DNA from: Candidatus Latescibacterota bacterium | Lineage (GTDB): Bacteria > Latescibacterota > UBA2968 > UBA8231 | NCBI GenBank assembly: GCA_965217585.1 | Contig: OZ244561.1 | Span: forward strand, 6,368,001-6,432,000 | Direction of reading: 5' to 3' | DNA length: 64,000 bases | Shown here: positions 10,992-20,300 of the stretch, piece after piece | Layout of the letters: every line of letters begins with the position of its first letter | Position numbering within the stretch: the first letter of the stretch is position 1 | Position numbers and translations under genes: made by a program | Notes under the pieces: model-generated | Databases searched by the model: none | Seen by the model: the letters and a program-made list of their open reading frames with translations, nothing else | Told to the model about the DNA's origin: nothing

Positions 10992-12281
10992 ATGTCGGTA
11001 CCTAGATCCGCAACAGCCTTCGCCCAAGCACAGCAGGTCATTCCCGGGGGCGTAAACAGTCCGGCCCGGGCTTTCGGCGCGGTGGGCGGTGGCCCTCGCT
11101 TTATCGACCGGGGGGCTGGTTCGCGGCTGTTTGATATCGATGGCCGCGAATACATCGACTACGTGTGCTCTTGGGGGCCGCTCATTTTCGGCCATGCTCA
11201 TCCCCGCGTTGTAAAGGCTGTGCAAGAAGTCTGCGCGAAGGGGACCAGTTTCGGTGCCCCGACCGAACTGGAAATCGCGCTGGCCGAACGTATCGTAGAG
11301 ATGGTGCCCTCCATCGAAATGGTGCGGATGGTGAGTTCGGGGACCGAGGCCACGATGGCGGCGGTGCGCTTGGCCCGCGGCCATACCGGCAGGGACAAAA
11401 TCGCCAAATTCGAAGGCTGCTGGCACGGGCATGGGGACAGCTTCTTGAGCGAGGCCGGGTCTTCGGCCCTGACCTTGGGGGTCCCCACGAGCCCAGGAGT
11501 GCCGCAAAGCGTAGTTGATTCGACCTTGACGCTGCCGTATAACGACGCAGACGCCGTGCGCACGGCCGCGCGGGAAAATAGCGGCCAAATAGCTGCCATC
11601 ATCGTCGAGCCGGTGGCCGGCAACATGGGGACCGTGCCCCCGCGCGAGGGGTTTCTCCCCGCGCTGCGCCAAATAGCCGACGAAGAGGGTATCGTCCTCA
11701 TTTTCGACGAGGTCATTACTGGGTTTCGCGTCGGCCCGGGCGGGGCGCAAGAGCGCTATGGCGTGATGCCCGACCTGACCTGCTTGGGCAAGATCGTCGG
11801 GGGCGGCTTGCCGGCCGCCGCGTACGGCGGCAAGCGGGAGATTATGGAAAACGTGTCGCCGCTGGGCATCAAGGTCTCGCAGGCCGGCACCTTATCGGGC
11901 AATCCCCTCGCTATGGCCGCGGGGTTGGAGCAATTGAACATGCTGTCCGAACCCGGAATTTACGAAACGCTAGAGAGTCGCTGCGCCGACTTGGCGGACG
12001 GCATGGCCGACAACCTGCAAAAACTGGGCTTGAACTACGCGCTAAACCGGGTCGGTGCCATGCTCTGCATGTTTTTTACCTCGTGCCCGGTGGTGGATTT
12101 TGCCAGCGTCGGCACGGTCGATATAGCGCGCTTTAAGCGCTACTTCTGGGCTTGCCTAGAGCGGGGTCTCTATCTGGCTCCTTCCCAATACGAATGCATG
12201 TTCCCCTCGCTCGTCCACGGGGAAGGGGATATCGAAGAAACCCTCCGCGTTCACTTTGATGCGCTCAAGGTCGTTCATTGA
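10992..12281 (+). CDS. hemL: glutamate-1-semialdehyde 2,1-aminomutase
   Basis: [56 protein letters not shown]. Confidence 0.96.
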   Translation: MSVPRSATAFAQAQQVIPGGVNSPARAFGAVGGGPRFIDRGAGSRLFDIDGREYIDYVCSWGPLIFGHAHPRVVKAVQEVCAKGTSFGAPTELEIALAERIVEMVPSIEMVRMVSSGTEATMAAVRLARGHTGRDKIAKFEGCWHGHGDSFLSEAGSSALTLGVPTSPGVPQSVVDSTLTLPYNDADAVRTAARENSGQIAAIIVEPVAGNMGTVPPREGFLPALRQIADEEGIVLIFDEVITGFRVGPGGAQERYGVMPDLTCLGKIVGGGLPAAAYGGKREIMENVSPLGIKVSQAGTLSGNPLAMAAGLEQLNMLSEPGIYETLESRCADLADGMADNLQKLGLNYALNRVGAMLCMFFTSCPVVDFASVGTVDIARFKRYFWACLERGLYLAPSQYECMFPSLVHGEGDIEETLRVHFDALKVVH

Positions 12282-12715
12282 GCACGGTGAATCCCAATAG
12301 GCTGTGGATGCTCGCCTGTATAGTCGTCTGGGCCGGGGGGTGCGCCGACGACGGTATCCGAGAAGACGAACGAGCCCCCGAACCCGAACCCGCTAGCCGC
12401 CGCGAGATAGTCGTCTTAACTCCGGCCGATTCTGTGGCCGCCCCAGCCGATACCAGCGATACCAGCCCGGTATTTTTTGATCCCGAAGGCCAATTCACCG
12501 TTCAAGTCGGCGTCTATCGGGACGCGAAACGAGCTGATCAGAAGGTGCGCGAATTAAAGGACGAGGGCTATCCGGCCTATAGCGTGCAGAGCGATGCCGG
12601 CGTGCGGGTGCGGATCGGCTATTTCGCCAATCACGCCGACGCCGACCGCTTCGGCCGCATTTTTGCCAAGGATCGCGGTGTCGAGTATTGGATAGACCGG
12701 CGCGCCGATGAATAA
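12278..12715 (+). CDS. SPOR-domain lipoprotein
   Basis: Lipobox-like WAGGC; C-terminal FTVQVGVY...VRVRIGYF SPOR pattern. Confidence 0.75.
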   Translation: MSTVNPNRLWMLACIVVWAGGCADDGIREDERAPEPEPASRREIVVLTPADSVAAPADTSDTSPVFFDPEGQFTVQVGVYRDAKRADQKVRELKDEGYPAYSVQSDAGVRVRIGYFANHADADRFGRIFAKDRGVEYWIDRRADE

Positions 12716-13118
12716 AACTCGCGTACTGTGCTGCGGCACTTTTGATTACCTGCACCCGGGCCACCGCTCCTTTATCACGCAGGCGGCTGCGCTGGGCGAC
12801 GAACTGTTCGTCGTGGTCGCCCGCGACGAGAATGTCCGGCGCATCAAGGGGTACTATCCCGACCAATCCCAAGAGGAGCGCAAAGCCGCTATAGAGAAGC
12901 TGCCCGAGGTCCCCGAAGTCCGCCTCGGCCACGAGGGAAGTAATTTTTTGCGCATCGTCGGCGAGATCGCGCCCCACATTATTGCCCTCGGCTACGACCA
13001 AAGGAGGCCAGCGGGCTTGGCCGAAGCCTTCCCTCAGTGCGAGATCGTCGTTCTCCAACCTCATCGCCCCGAACAGTTTAAATCATCTCTCTTCCGGCGT
13101 CAGGAAGGCCGCGCTTGA
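12708..13118 (+). CDS. cytidylyltransferase-family nucleotidyltransferase, RibL-like FAD synthase
   Basis: GTFDYLHPGH (HxGH), VVVARD, IIALGYDQ, C-terminal KSS. Confidence 0.75.
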   Translation: MNKTRVLCCGTFDYLHPGHRSFITQAAALGDELFVVVARDENVRRIKGYYPDQSQEERKAAIEKLPEVPEVRLGHEGSNFLRIVGEIAPHIIALGYDQRRPAGLAEAFPQCEIVVLQPHRPEQFKSSLFRRQEGRA

Positions 13119-13708
13119 ATCCCTTGCCCCAACTCATCCTCTGGTATGGGCGCGAAGCGGCTCCGGCCTCGCCAGAGATGGCCGGGTGCCGACTGCGGAC
13201 GTATCGGCCAGGCGACGAGGAGGGTTGGTTGGCCTTATTGCAGGCCAACGGCGAATTGGGCCGTTGGGACCGACAACGGCTAGAGGACGTACTGGAAGAA
13301 ACCCGAGTCCAGCTCTTTGTCGAGTGCGAGGGGCAGATCGTCTCCTGTACGGGTTGTAACTACCGTACCCCCTTCCACCGCTCAGGCGTCCCGTTGAGCC
13401 CGACGGGAACCCGCGAGTTGCGGCAGTGTTGGGAAATCGGTTGGGTTGCGGTCCACCCGGACTTTCAAGGGCGCGGCTTAGGCAAGTTCATTGTCGGGGC
13501 GGCCGTGGCTCAAGCCAAAGAGCTAGGTCCGTGGCCCATATATTTGCGTACCGACGACTTCCGCATTCCGGCCCTGCGCTGTTACCTCAAGCTGGGCTTC
13601 GCGCCCAATAACAGCCATCCATCCTACCCGCGTCGGTGGGCCGACATCTTTGCCCGTTTGGGGGCGGATTATCAGGCCCTAAAACCCGAGTTCGTCTCCT
13701 CAGCCTAG
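13115..13708 (+). CDS. GNAT N-acetyltransferase
   Basis: VAVHPDFQGRGLG acetyl-CoA motif; ALRCYLKLGF. Confidence 0.88.
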   Translation: MNPLPQLILWYGREAAPASPEMAGCRLRTYRPGDEEGWLALLQANGELGRWDRQRLEDVLEETRVQLFVECEGQIVSCTGCNYRTPFHRSGVPLSPTGTRELRQCWEIGWVAVHPDFQGRGLGKFIVGAAVAQAKELGPWPIYLRTDDFRIPALRCYLKLGFAPNNSHPSYPRRWADIFARLGADYQALKPEFVSSA

Positions 13709-13813
13709 TGGAGTTTTTCTTCTCTGTAGTCTATCTTGTCGGTAGTAGGTCCCCTACCTGCCTAGGCCAACGTTGACGGCTCCTATTACGTTGGCCGGAC
13801 TGTGGAGCAACCC

Positions 13814-15391
13814 ATGATACAGATGGACCCCAGAGCAGGGCAGACGGCTAGGCGCAAACTGCCCATCGGCATTCAGACCTTTCGCGAGATCCGCGAGGAC
13901 CACTGCTACTACGTCGATAAGACCGCCTACATCGGGCGGTTGGTCGCCGAGGGCAAGCACTACTTCCTGTCGCGCCCGCGGCGGTTTGGCAAGAGCCTGT
14001 TTCTCGATACCCTGAAGGAGTTGTTCGAGGGTAACGAGCCGCTGTTTGAGGGGCTGGCCATCCACGATCAGTGGGACTGGTCGGTTGTCCATCCGGTGCT
14101 GCGGCTCGACTTTAGCAGCGGCAATTTCAAGGAGCCGGGCGATCTACACAAGGACGTGATGGAGCAGTTGGACGCCATAGAGAGCGAGGTTTCGGTCCGG
14201 TCCAGCTACGACACGGCCCGGGGGCGTTTCCGGCATTTGATTCAGATGCTGCATCAACAGATCGGCCAGCGGGTGGTGGTGCTGATTGACGAGTACGACA
14301 AGCCGATTCTCGACGCGCTAGAGATGCCGGAGGTAGCCCGGGCTAACCGCGACTACCTGCGTGGGCTGTATTCAACCATCAAGTTTGGCGACGCCCACCT
14401 CAAGTTCAGCTTCCTCACCGGCGTGAGCAAGTTTTCCAAAGTCAGTCTATTCTCCGGCCTCAACAATCTCAAAGACATTACCTTGGACCCGCGCTACTCG
14501 GCCGTCTGCGGCTATACCGAGGCGGACTTAGACGCGGTGTTCGCCCCAGAATTGTCCGGCTTGGATCGAGAGGAAGTCCAGCGCTGGTACAACGGCTACA
14601 ACTGGCTGGGCGAGGAAGCCGTGTACAACCCCTTCGACGTCCTGCTGCTGTTCGACCGCCGCCAGTTCGGGGCCTACTGGTTTGAGACGGGTACGCCGAC
14701 GTTTCTGCTCGAGACATTGCTGGCGCGTGGGATCAGTTCTCTGGCCTTAGACGACATGCTCGGCAGCGAGGAGTTGCTGTCGGCGTTTGACGTGGATCAC
14801 ATTGCGACCGAGGCCCTGCTGTTTCAGACCGGCTACCTGACCATTCGCCGCACCGAACCGCGCGGCGGGCGGATGTATTATCGGCTGGGCTACCCGAACC
14901 GGGAGGTGCAGCAAAGCCTGAATGAGAGCCTGCTGAACCACCTGACGGGCAATCCCTCGCGTCAGGCCGAGCATAGCGCTCGGCTGTACGACCTGCTGCT
15001 GGTCAACGACTTCGACGGCTTGAAAACGCTATTCGAGGCGTTCTTTGCCAGCATTCCGTATCAGTGGCACACCAACAACGAGATTGCCAACTACGAGGGC
15101 TATTACGCCAGCGTGTTTTACTCCTACTTCGCATCGCTGGGGCTGACGATCACGGTGGAGGACAGCAGCCAAGCGGGTCGCTTGGACATGGCGGTGGAGT
15201 TTAATGGGAACGTGTATCTGTTTGAATTTAAGGTGGTGGAACAGGCATCGGTGGGGGCGGCGCTGCGGCAGTTACACGAGCGGGACTACGCGGCCAAGTA
15301 TCGCGGTCGCGGTGAAGCGATTTTCCTAATTGGGGTGGAGTTCAGTCGAGAGACGCGCAACGTGGCCGCCTTTGAGGTGGAACGGGCGTGA
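13814..15391 (+). CDS. AAA-ATPase-like protein with C-terminal PD-(D/E)XK nuclease domain
   Basis: LPIGIQTF, YYVDKT, SRPRRFGKS (Walker A), LIDEYDKP, GRLDM...LFEFK. Start could be 13802, 13814 or 13823. Confidence 0.9.
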   Translation: MIQMDPRAGQTARRKLPIGIQTFREIREDHCYYVDKTAYIGRLVAEGKHYFLSRPRRFGKSLFLDTLKELFEGNEPLFEGLAIHDQWDWSVVHPVLRLDFSSGNFKEPGDLHKDVMEQLDAIESEVSVRSSYDTARGRFRHLIQMLHQQIGQRVVVLIDEYDKPILDALEMPEVARANRDYLRGLYSTIKFGDAHLKFSFLTGVSKFSKVSLFSGLNNLKDITLDPRYSAVCGYTEADLDAVFAPELSGLDREEVQRWYNGYNWLGEEAVYNPFDVLLLFDRRQFGAYWFETGTPTFLLETLLARGISSLALDDMLGSEELLSAFDVDHIATEALLFQTGYLTIRRTEPRGGRMYYRLGYPNREVQQSLNESLLNHLTGNPSRQAEHSARLYDLLLVNDFDGLKTLFEAFFASIPYQWHTNNEIANYEGYYASVFYSYFASLGLTITVEDSSQAGRLDMAVEFNGNVYLFEFKVVEQASVGAALRQLHERDYAAKYRGRGEAIFLIGVEFSRETRNVAAFEVERA

Positions 15392-15404
15392 ATTTCTGAC
15401 CTCG

Positions 15405-15740
15405 TTATCCGTTTAATTCTTCCATCACCGCTTTTGTTATCCGCTTAGCGAGTCTGATCTCCTCCAGCTTTTTTGTCGATAGGTACAGGTAAAATTCTTG
15501 CAATTCTCTGCCCTTTTCCGTTTGCATTTCTTCTTCATATCCTATCAAGTCCACTAACTGCGTCCGCAACGCTTTTGCAATTTTATAAAGTGTTTCTAGG
15601 CTCGGCGTTGCCCTCCGGCCCTCGATCTTCCTGATCCCGTCCACGCTAAGTCCTGCCAGTTCGGCCAGCTTCTCTTGGGTTATCCCTGCCTGCCGGCGCA
15701 ACTGCTGTACCCTGTAGCAGACTTCATTCCTGACATCCAT
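15405..15740 (-). CDS. XRE/Cro-family HTH transcriptional regulator
   Basis: ITQEKLAELAGLSVDGIRKIEGRRATPSLETLYKIAKAL; GGAG RBS before ATG at 15740. Confidence 0.9.
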   Translation of the reverse strand: MDVRNEVCYRVQQLRRQAGITQEKLAELAGLSVDGIRKIEGRRATPSLETLYKIAKALRTQLVDLIGYEEEMQTEKGRELQEFYLYLSTKKLEEIRLAKRITKAVMEELNG

Positions 15741-16196
15741 ACCAGTCTCCCCGTCAAGCTCCACTTCCCCTCAAGCAACCAATTATTTTCTAAATTGTTG
15801 TATTTATTGGATTAAAGACAGGTATTATAAGGCATGTTATTATATTACTTATTGACTTCTATACATGTTTTCTTTATTCATTTACGACTAAAAGGCATTT
15901 TCGCCGGCCAGACCCCCTCGATCTTAGATGCTTTGAACCGAGTGAGAGACCGCAACCCTATTATTAAGACGCCTCTTGGAAAGGAGAGTTGATAGCCGAA
16001 CAGAATCAGTCACAGTCAATTCGCAGTCCGACAACTCTGGCCTTTTGGATCGGAGTTATTTCATACATCAATATCAGTAAAGAATACCACTGCTTTCGTC
16101 GCCTGTTTCGGTAATCAGTTGAAATGGGCAATCACACCGCCAAAGGGTGGTTACTTGAAAATCACTTTATTGGCAAGACTTAGAGGAGGCCTACTT

Positions 16197-17099
16197 ATGG
16201 CTACGTTTAACGGGGGCCGAATGGTTACCCTTTTTCTTTCCGTGTTGTTTGCTCTGAACGTGTCTTTCGCTCAGGATGACTGGGAGACAGTTGTTGTCTA
16301 TATGGTGGATCCTATTGATGAGCAACTTGCCCCGGAAGTGGAGGAGTATATAGCCAAATGGAATGACCCTTTAACTTGGGAGACTTTTGAGGATGATTTT
16401 ACTCCAGCGAGGGAAGGTCAAATGGCTGAGGTGGCTCGGGACAATGAAGCGCGGATTCAAGCAGCTAAGGATTTCTTAATGGACGATCTGAGGGAGCGAG
16501 GAGATGGTACAAGCAGTTGGTATCCGTCTTGGATTCCTTTATCTGCTGCTAAGGCTGCGGAGGACTCGCTTTTCAAGAATATTCTAAGCCTTCCGGGGAG
16601 GACGTACGATGCCGGTGGAAGGGTTGGCCAAGCACAGCTCCTGGAAGAGTTTTTCGAACTGGACGGAGAGGAGCCTTACGGACTGAATGCTGATGGCTCT
16701 CAAAAACTTCGGTCCTGTGAGGATAGAAAGCGGCGCTGTCGCAAGGAGTTTTATAGAGATTTCAGGGTATTGGTTGAAATCCACGACGCGTCCCAAAGCT
16801 CAGAGACTGCTCCTCGCCTTATTTCGTTTACGATTGAGGTGAAGTCTTCTAAAAGCCGCACACCTACTGAGGGTGGTGGTTTTGTGGACGAACTAAATGA
16901 ACAAGAAAGCGCGGAACCAGGGGTAGAGACTACGTACGCGGAATTTCGCTGGGAAAGTATTCGGCTTTTGCAGCCGGCGGTTATGGACCCAGATCCTTAT
17001 GTGATTGATAGTAGCCCTTATAAAACGCCTGCGGCTAAGCCTGTCTCTTCTGAGACTTCCTCTTGGGGCCGTATCAAGGCGACATTCGCCGCCGATTAA
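16197..17099 (+). CDS. hypothetical secreted protein ending in a SSWGRIK motif
   Basis: GGAGG RBS; signal peptide ending SFA-QD; acidic body; lower GC than flanking genes. Confidence 0.7.
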   Translation: MATFNGGRMVTLFLSVLFALNVSFAQDDWETVVVYMVDPIDEQLAPEVEEYIAKWNDPLTWETFEDDFTPAREGQMAEVARDNEARIQAAKDFLMDDLRERGDGTSSWYPSWIPLSAAKAAEDSLFKNILSLPGRTYDAGGRVGQAQLLEEFFELDGEEPYGLNADGSQKLRSCEDRKRRCRKEFYRDFRVLVEIHDASQSSETAPRLISFTIEVKSSKSRTPTEGGGFVDELNEQESAEPGVETTYAEFRWESIRLLQPAVMDPDPYVIDSSPYKTPAAKPVSSETSSWGRIKATFAAD

Positions 17100-17232
17100 C
17101 CTGTGTGATAAGTCCCGGCTGGGCAATAGGTCTGGCCGGGACTTAATAGCGCTCAAAGGCCCGTTTGCTGCTGCCTTTGAGCGCATACAGCATCGCCAGC
17201 TAAGCTAGCTCCATTCCTTCCCCTCACCATCT

Positions 17233-17255
17233 CCCTAAAAAGCGATGGACGACTC
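17233..17255 (+). repeat. 23-bp direct repeat, left copy
   Basis: CCCTAAAAAGCGATGGACGACTC, identical to 20717-20739. Confidence 0.85.
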
Positions 17256-17310
17256 AACTCAAACTAGAAGTAATTTAACCCGAACTCACGTTAGATAGGG
17301 AGATTCTTTT

Positions 17311-20300
17311 ATGAGATTTCTAATGCTATGTCTGATGGGCTTGATGCTTTCTGTTCAAGCGAATACGGCGCAGCAATCCACTGTTTCCGGGCAGGTGCGG
17401 CTTGCCGATGGGCGGCCAGTGGCCGGAGCACAAGTGACGCTCTTTGACTTGGCTGATTTGCATCGAGGCGCGGTGGCACGGGCGATGACCGATGAGTCTG
17501 GGTTTTTCGCGCTGCCGCTGGCGTCGTTGGGCGGGCCGGCATTGCCGCAGGGATTTGCCCTGGGACATAATTACCCCAACCCATTCAACCCTTCGACCCT
17601 GATCCCCTATCAACTGCCCACGGCTACGCACGTGCGGCTCGATGTGTTTAACGTGTTGGGACAGCATGTTGCGACGCTGGTGGACGCGGAGCGGCCTGCC
17701 GGTTTTCACACGGCGAAGTGGGATGCGACCGATGCGGCGGGACAGGCGATGGCAGCTGGGGTGTATCTCTATCGGTTGACGGCGGGTGGACAGCAGCAGA
17801 TCCAGCGGATGGTGCTCATTGACGGGCAGGCGGGGATCGCGGCGGGGGCTTCCTCGTCAGTGGCGGCTATGTCCACGGACGCGGTGGAGCGGAAATATGG
17901 CCTCGTTGTTTCAGGCGAGGGCTTGACGACCTACACGGATGCAGCGTTTGGAGTGCGAGTGGGGATGGCAGCGGTAGAGTTGGTCGTGGATGCGGCACCG
18001 TTGACGAGTGGCAACGCGCTGGCAGAGGACATTTTGGGAGATGTGAATAACGATAGACAGGTGAGTCTGGAAGACGCGATGCTTGTGGGGGTGTCCCGCT
18101 CCAATCCGTCGATTGCCATGCCGAACAACGGCAGTATTCTCTTGGGGGATGTCAACGGCGATGGGGCAGTCAATGGGACGGACGTGCTGGTGATTATGAG
18201 GTATGTATCGAATCCGTTGGATGGGGCACTGCCTGCGGGGATCGGTCAAAGGATAGCGAGCGGGAAACGGGTTTCGGACGGCTCAGATGTGCTCAATCTG
18301 ACCAACCACGAGAAGGCGGATAGGCAGCCTGCTTGGTCTCCCGATGGCCGCCAAATCGCCTTCTCGTCTAATCGCGACGGCGGTGATGGTGATATTTACG
18401 TGATGGACTCGGACGGCAAGAAAGTGCTCAATCTGACCAACCACGAGAAGGCGGATAGGCAGCCTGCTTGGTCTCCCGATGGCCGCCAAATCGCCTTCTC
18501 GTCTAATCGCGACGGCAATTTTGATATTTACGTGATGGACTCGGACGGCAAGAAAGTGCTCAATCTGACCAACCACGAGATGACGAATGAGCAGAGCCCT
18601 GCTTGGTCTCCCGATGGCCGCCAAATCGCCTTCTCGTCTAATCGCGACGGCAATTTTGATATTTACGTGATGGACTCGGACGGCAAGAAAGTGCTCAATC
18701 TGACCAACCACGAGATGACGAATGAGCAGAGCCCTGCTTGGTCTCCCGATGGCCGCCAAATCGCCTTCTCGTCTAATCGCGACGGCAATTTTGATATTTA
18801 CGTGATGGACTCGGACGGCAAGAAAGTGCGCAATCTAACCAAACACGGTAGGCGGGATCATCAGAGCCTTACTTGGTCTCCCGATGGCCGCCGCATCGCC
18901 TTTTCGTCTAATCGCGACGGCGGTGATGATGATATTTACGTGATGGACTCGGACGGCAAGAATGTGCACCGGCTAACCAAACACAAGAAGGAAGATATAC
19001 TTCCTGCTTGGTCTCCCGGCGGCCGCATCGCCTTCTCGTCTGATCGCGACGGCAATGTGGAGATTTATGTGATGGAAGTGGACGTGATGGATGGTGACGG
19101 CGATGGGGGTACACCCAGCTTTGAGGGTGAGCCGGTTGCCGATCGGACGGTTGTTGCAGGGGAAGCGATGCCCCGGCTGGAGTTGCCTATGGCTTTGGGT
19201 GGCGACGGCGATTTGACCTATAGCTTGTCGCCGGAGGTGCCGGGTTTGACGTTTGATGCGGCGACTCGGACGCTTTTGGGCACGCCGACGGAAGCCGGAG
19301 TCTATGCGTTGACCTACCGGGTGGAGGATAGCGACGGCGATGCCGATGAGTTGACCGTCACGGTGACCGTCACGGTGACCGTTGATGAGGAGCCGATGTT
19401 CGCGGTCGCGGACACGGTTGCGGTTGCCGATCGGACGGTTGTTGCAGGGGAAGCGATGCCCCGGCTGGAGTTGCCTATGGCTTTGGGTGGCGACGGCGAT
19501 TTGACCTATAGCTTGTCGCCGGAGGTACCGGGTTTGACGTTTGATGCGGCGACTCGGACGCTTTTGGGCACGCCGACGGAAGCCGGAGTCTATGCGTTGA
19601 CCTACCGGGTGGAGGATAGCGACGGCGATGCCGATGAGTTGACCGTCACGGTGACCGTCACGGTGACCGTTGATGAGGAGCCGATGTTCGCGGTCGCGGA
19701 CACGGTTGCGGTTGCCGATCGGACGGTTGTTGCAGGGGAAGCGATGCCCCGGCTGGAGTTGCCTATGGCTTTGGGTGGCGACGGCGATTTGACCTATAGC
19801 TTGTCGCCGGAGGTACCGGGTTTGACGTTTGATGCGGCGACTCGGACGCTTTTGGGCACGCCGACGGAAGCCGGAGTCTATGCGTTGACCTACCGGGTGG
19901 AGGATAGCGACGGCGATGCCGATGAGTTGACCTTTACCTTGGAAGTCGATGGCATACCCAGCTTTGAGGGTACGGCGGAGCTTCTAGGGGGTGCGTCGAT
20001 GGAGTTTGTGTGGATCGAGCCGGGGGTGTTTCAGATGGGGTCGAATACGGGTCGGAAAGATGAAAGTCCGGTGCATGAGGTGGAGATTAGTCGTGGTTTT
20101 TGGTTGGGAAAGTATGAGATCACGCAGGGTCAGTGGAAGTCGGTGATGAATGATGAGCCTTGGTCTGGTCGGGACAAAGTTGAGCCAAATCCATCTCATC
20201 CGGCGGTGATTATTTCTTGGGATGAAGTGCATGAGTTTATCGGTCGTCTGAATGAGGAAGCGGGCGAGGATTTGTATCGTCTTCCAACGGAGGCGGAGTG

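Noticed and set aside
13765-13796. GGCCAACGT...ACGTTGGCC as an integron attC
   Set aside because: Only 32 bp, no L boxes and no integron integrase; treated as a simple hairpin.
15820-15847. AGGTATTATAA-GGCATG-TTATTATATTA as a dif-like site
   Set aside because: The left arm resembles the family, but the right arm lacks TATGT; the region is very AT-rich so a chance match or XRE operator is as likely.
15989-16114. 41-aa TTG-start ORF after AAGGAG
   Set aside because: RBS spacing is too short and there are no recognisable features; unsupported.
17233-17280. GCGATGGA repeat as a fluoride riboswitch
   Set aside because: No complementary stem or downstream conserved elements, and no fluoride-related gene follows.
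18289-19933. Tandem repeats as a CRISPR array
   Set aside because: Units are in-frame coding repeats without unique spacers, and there are no cas genes.
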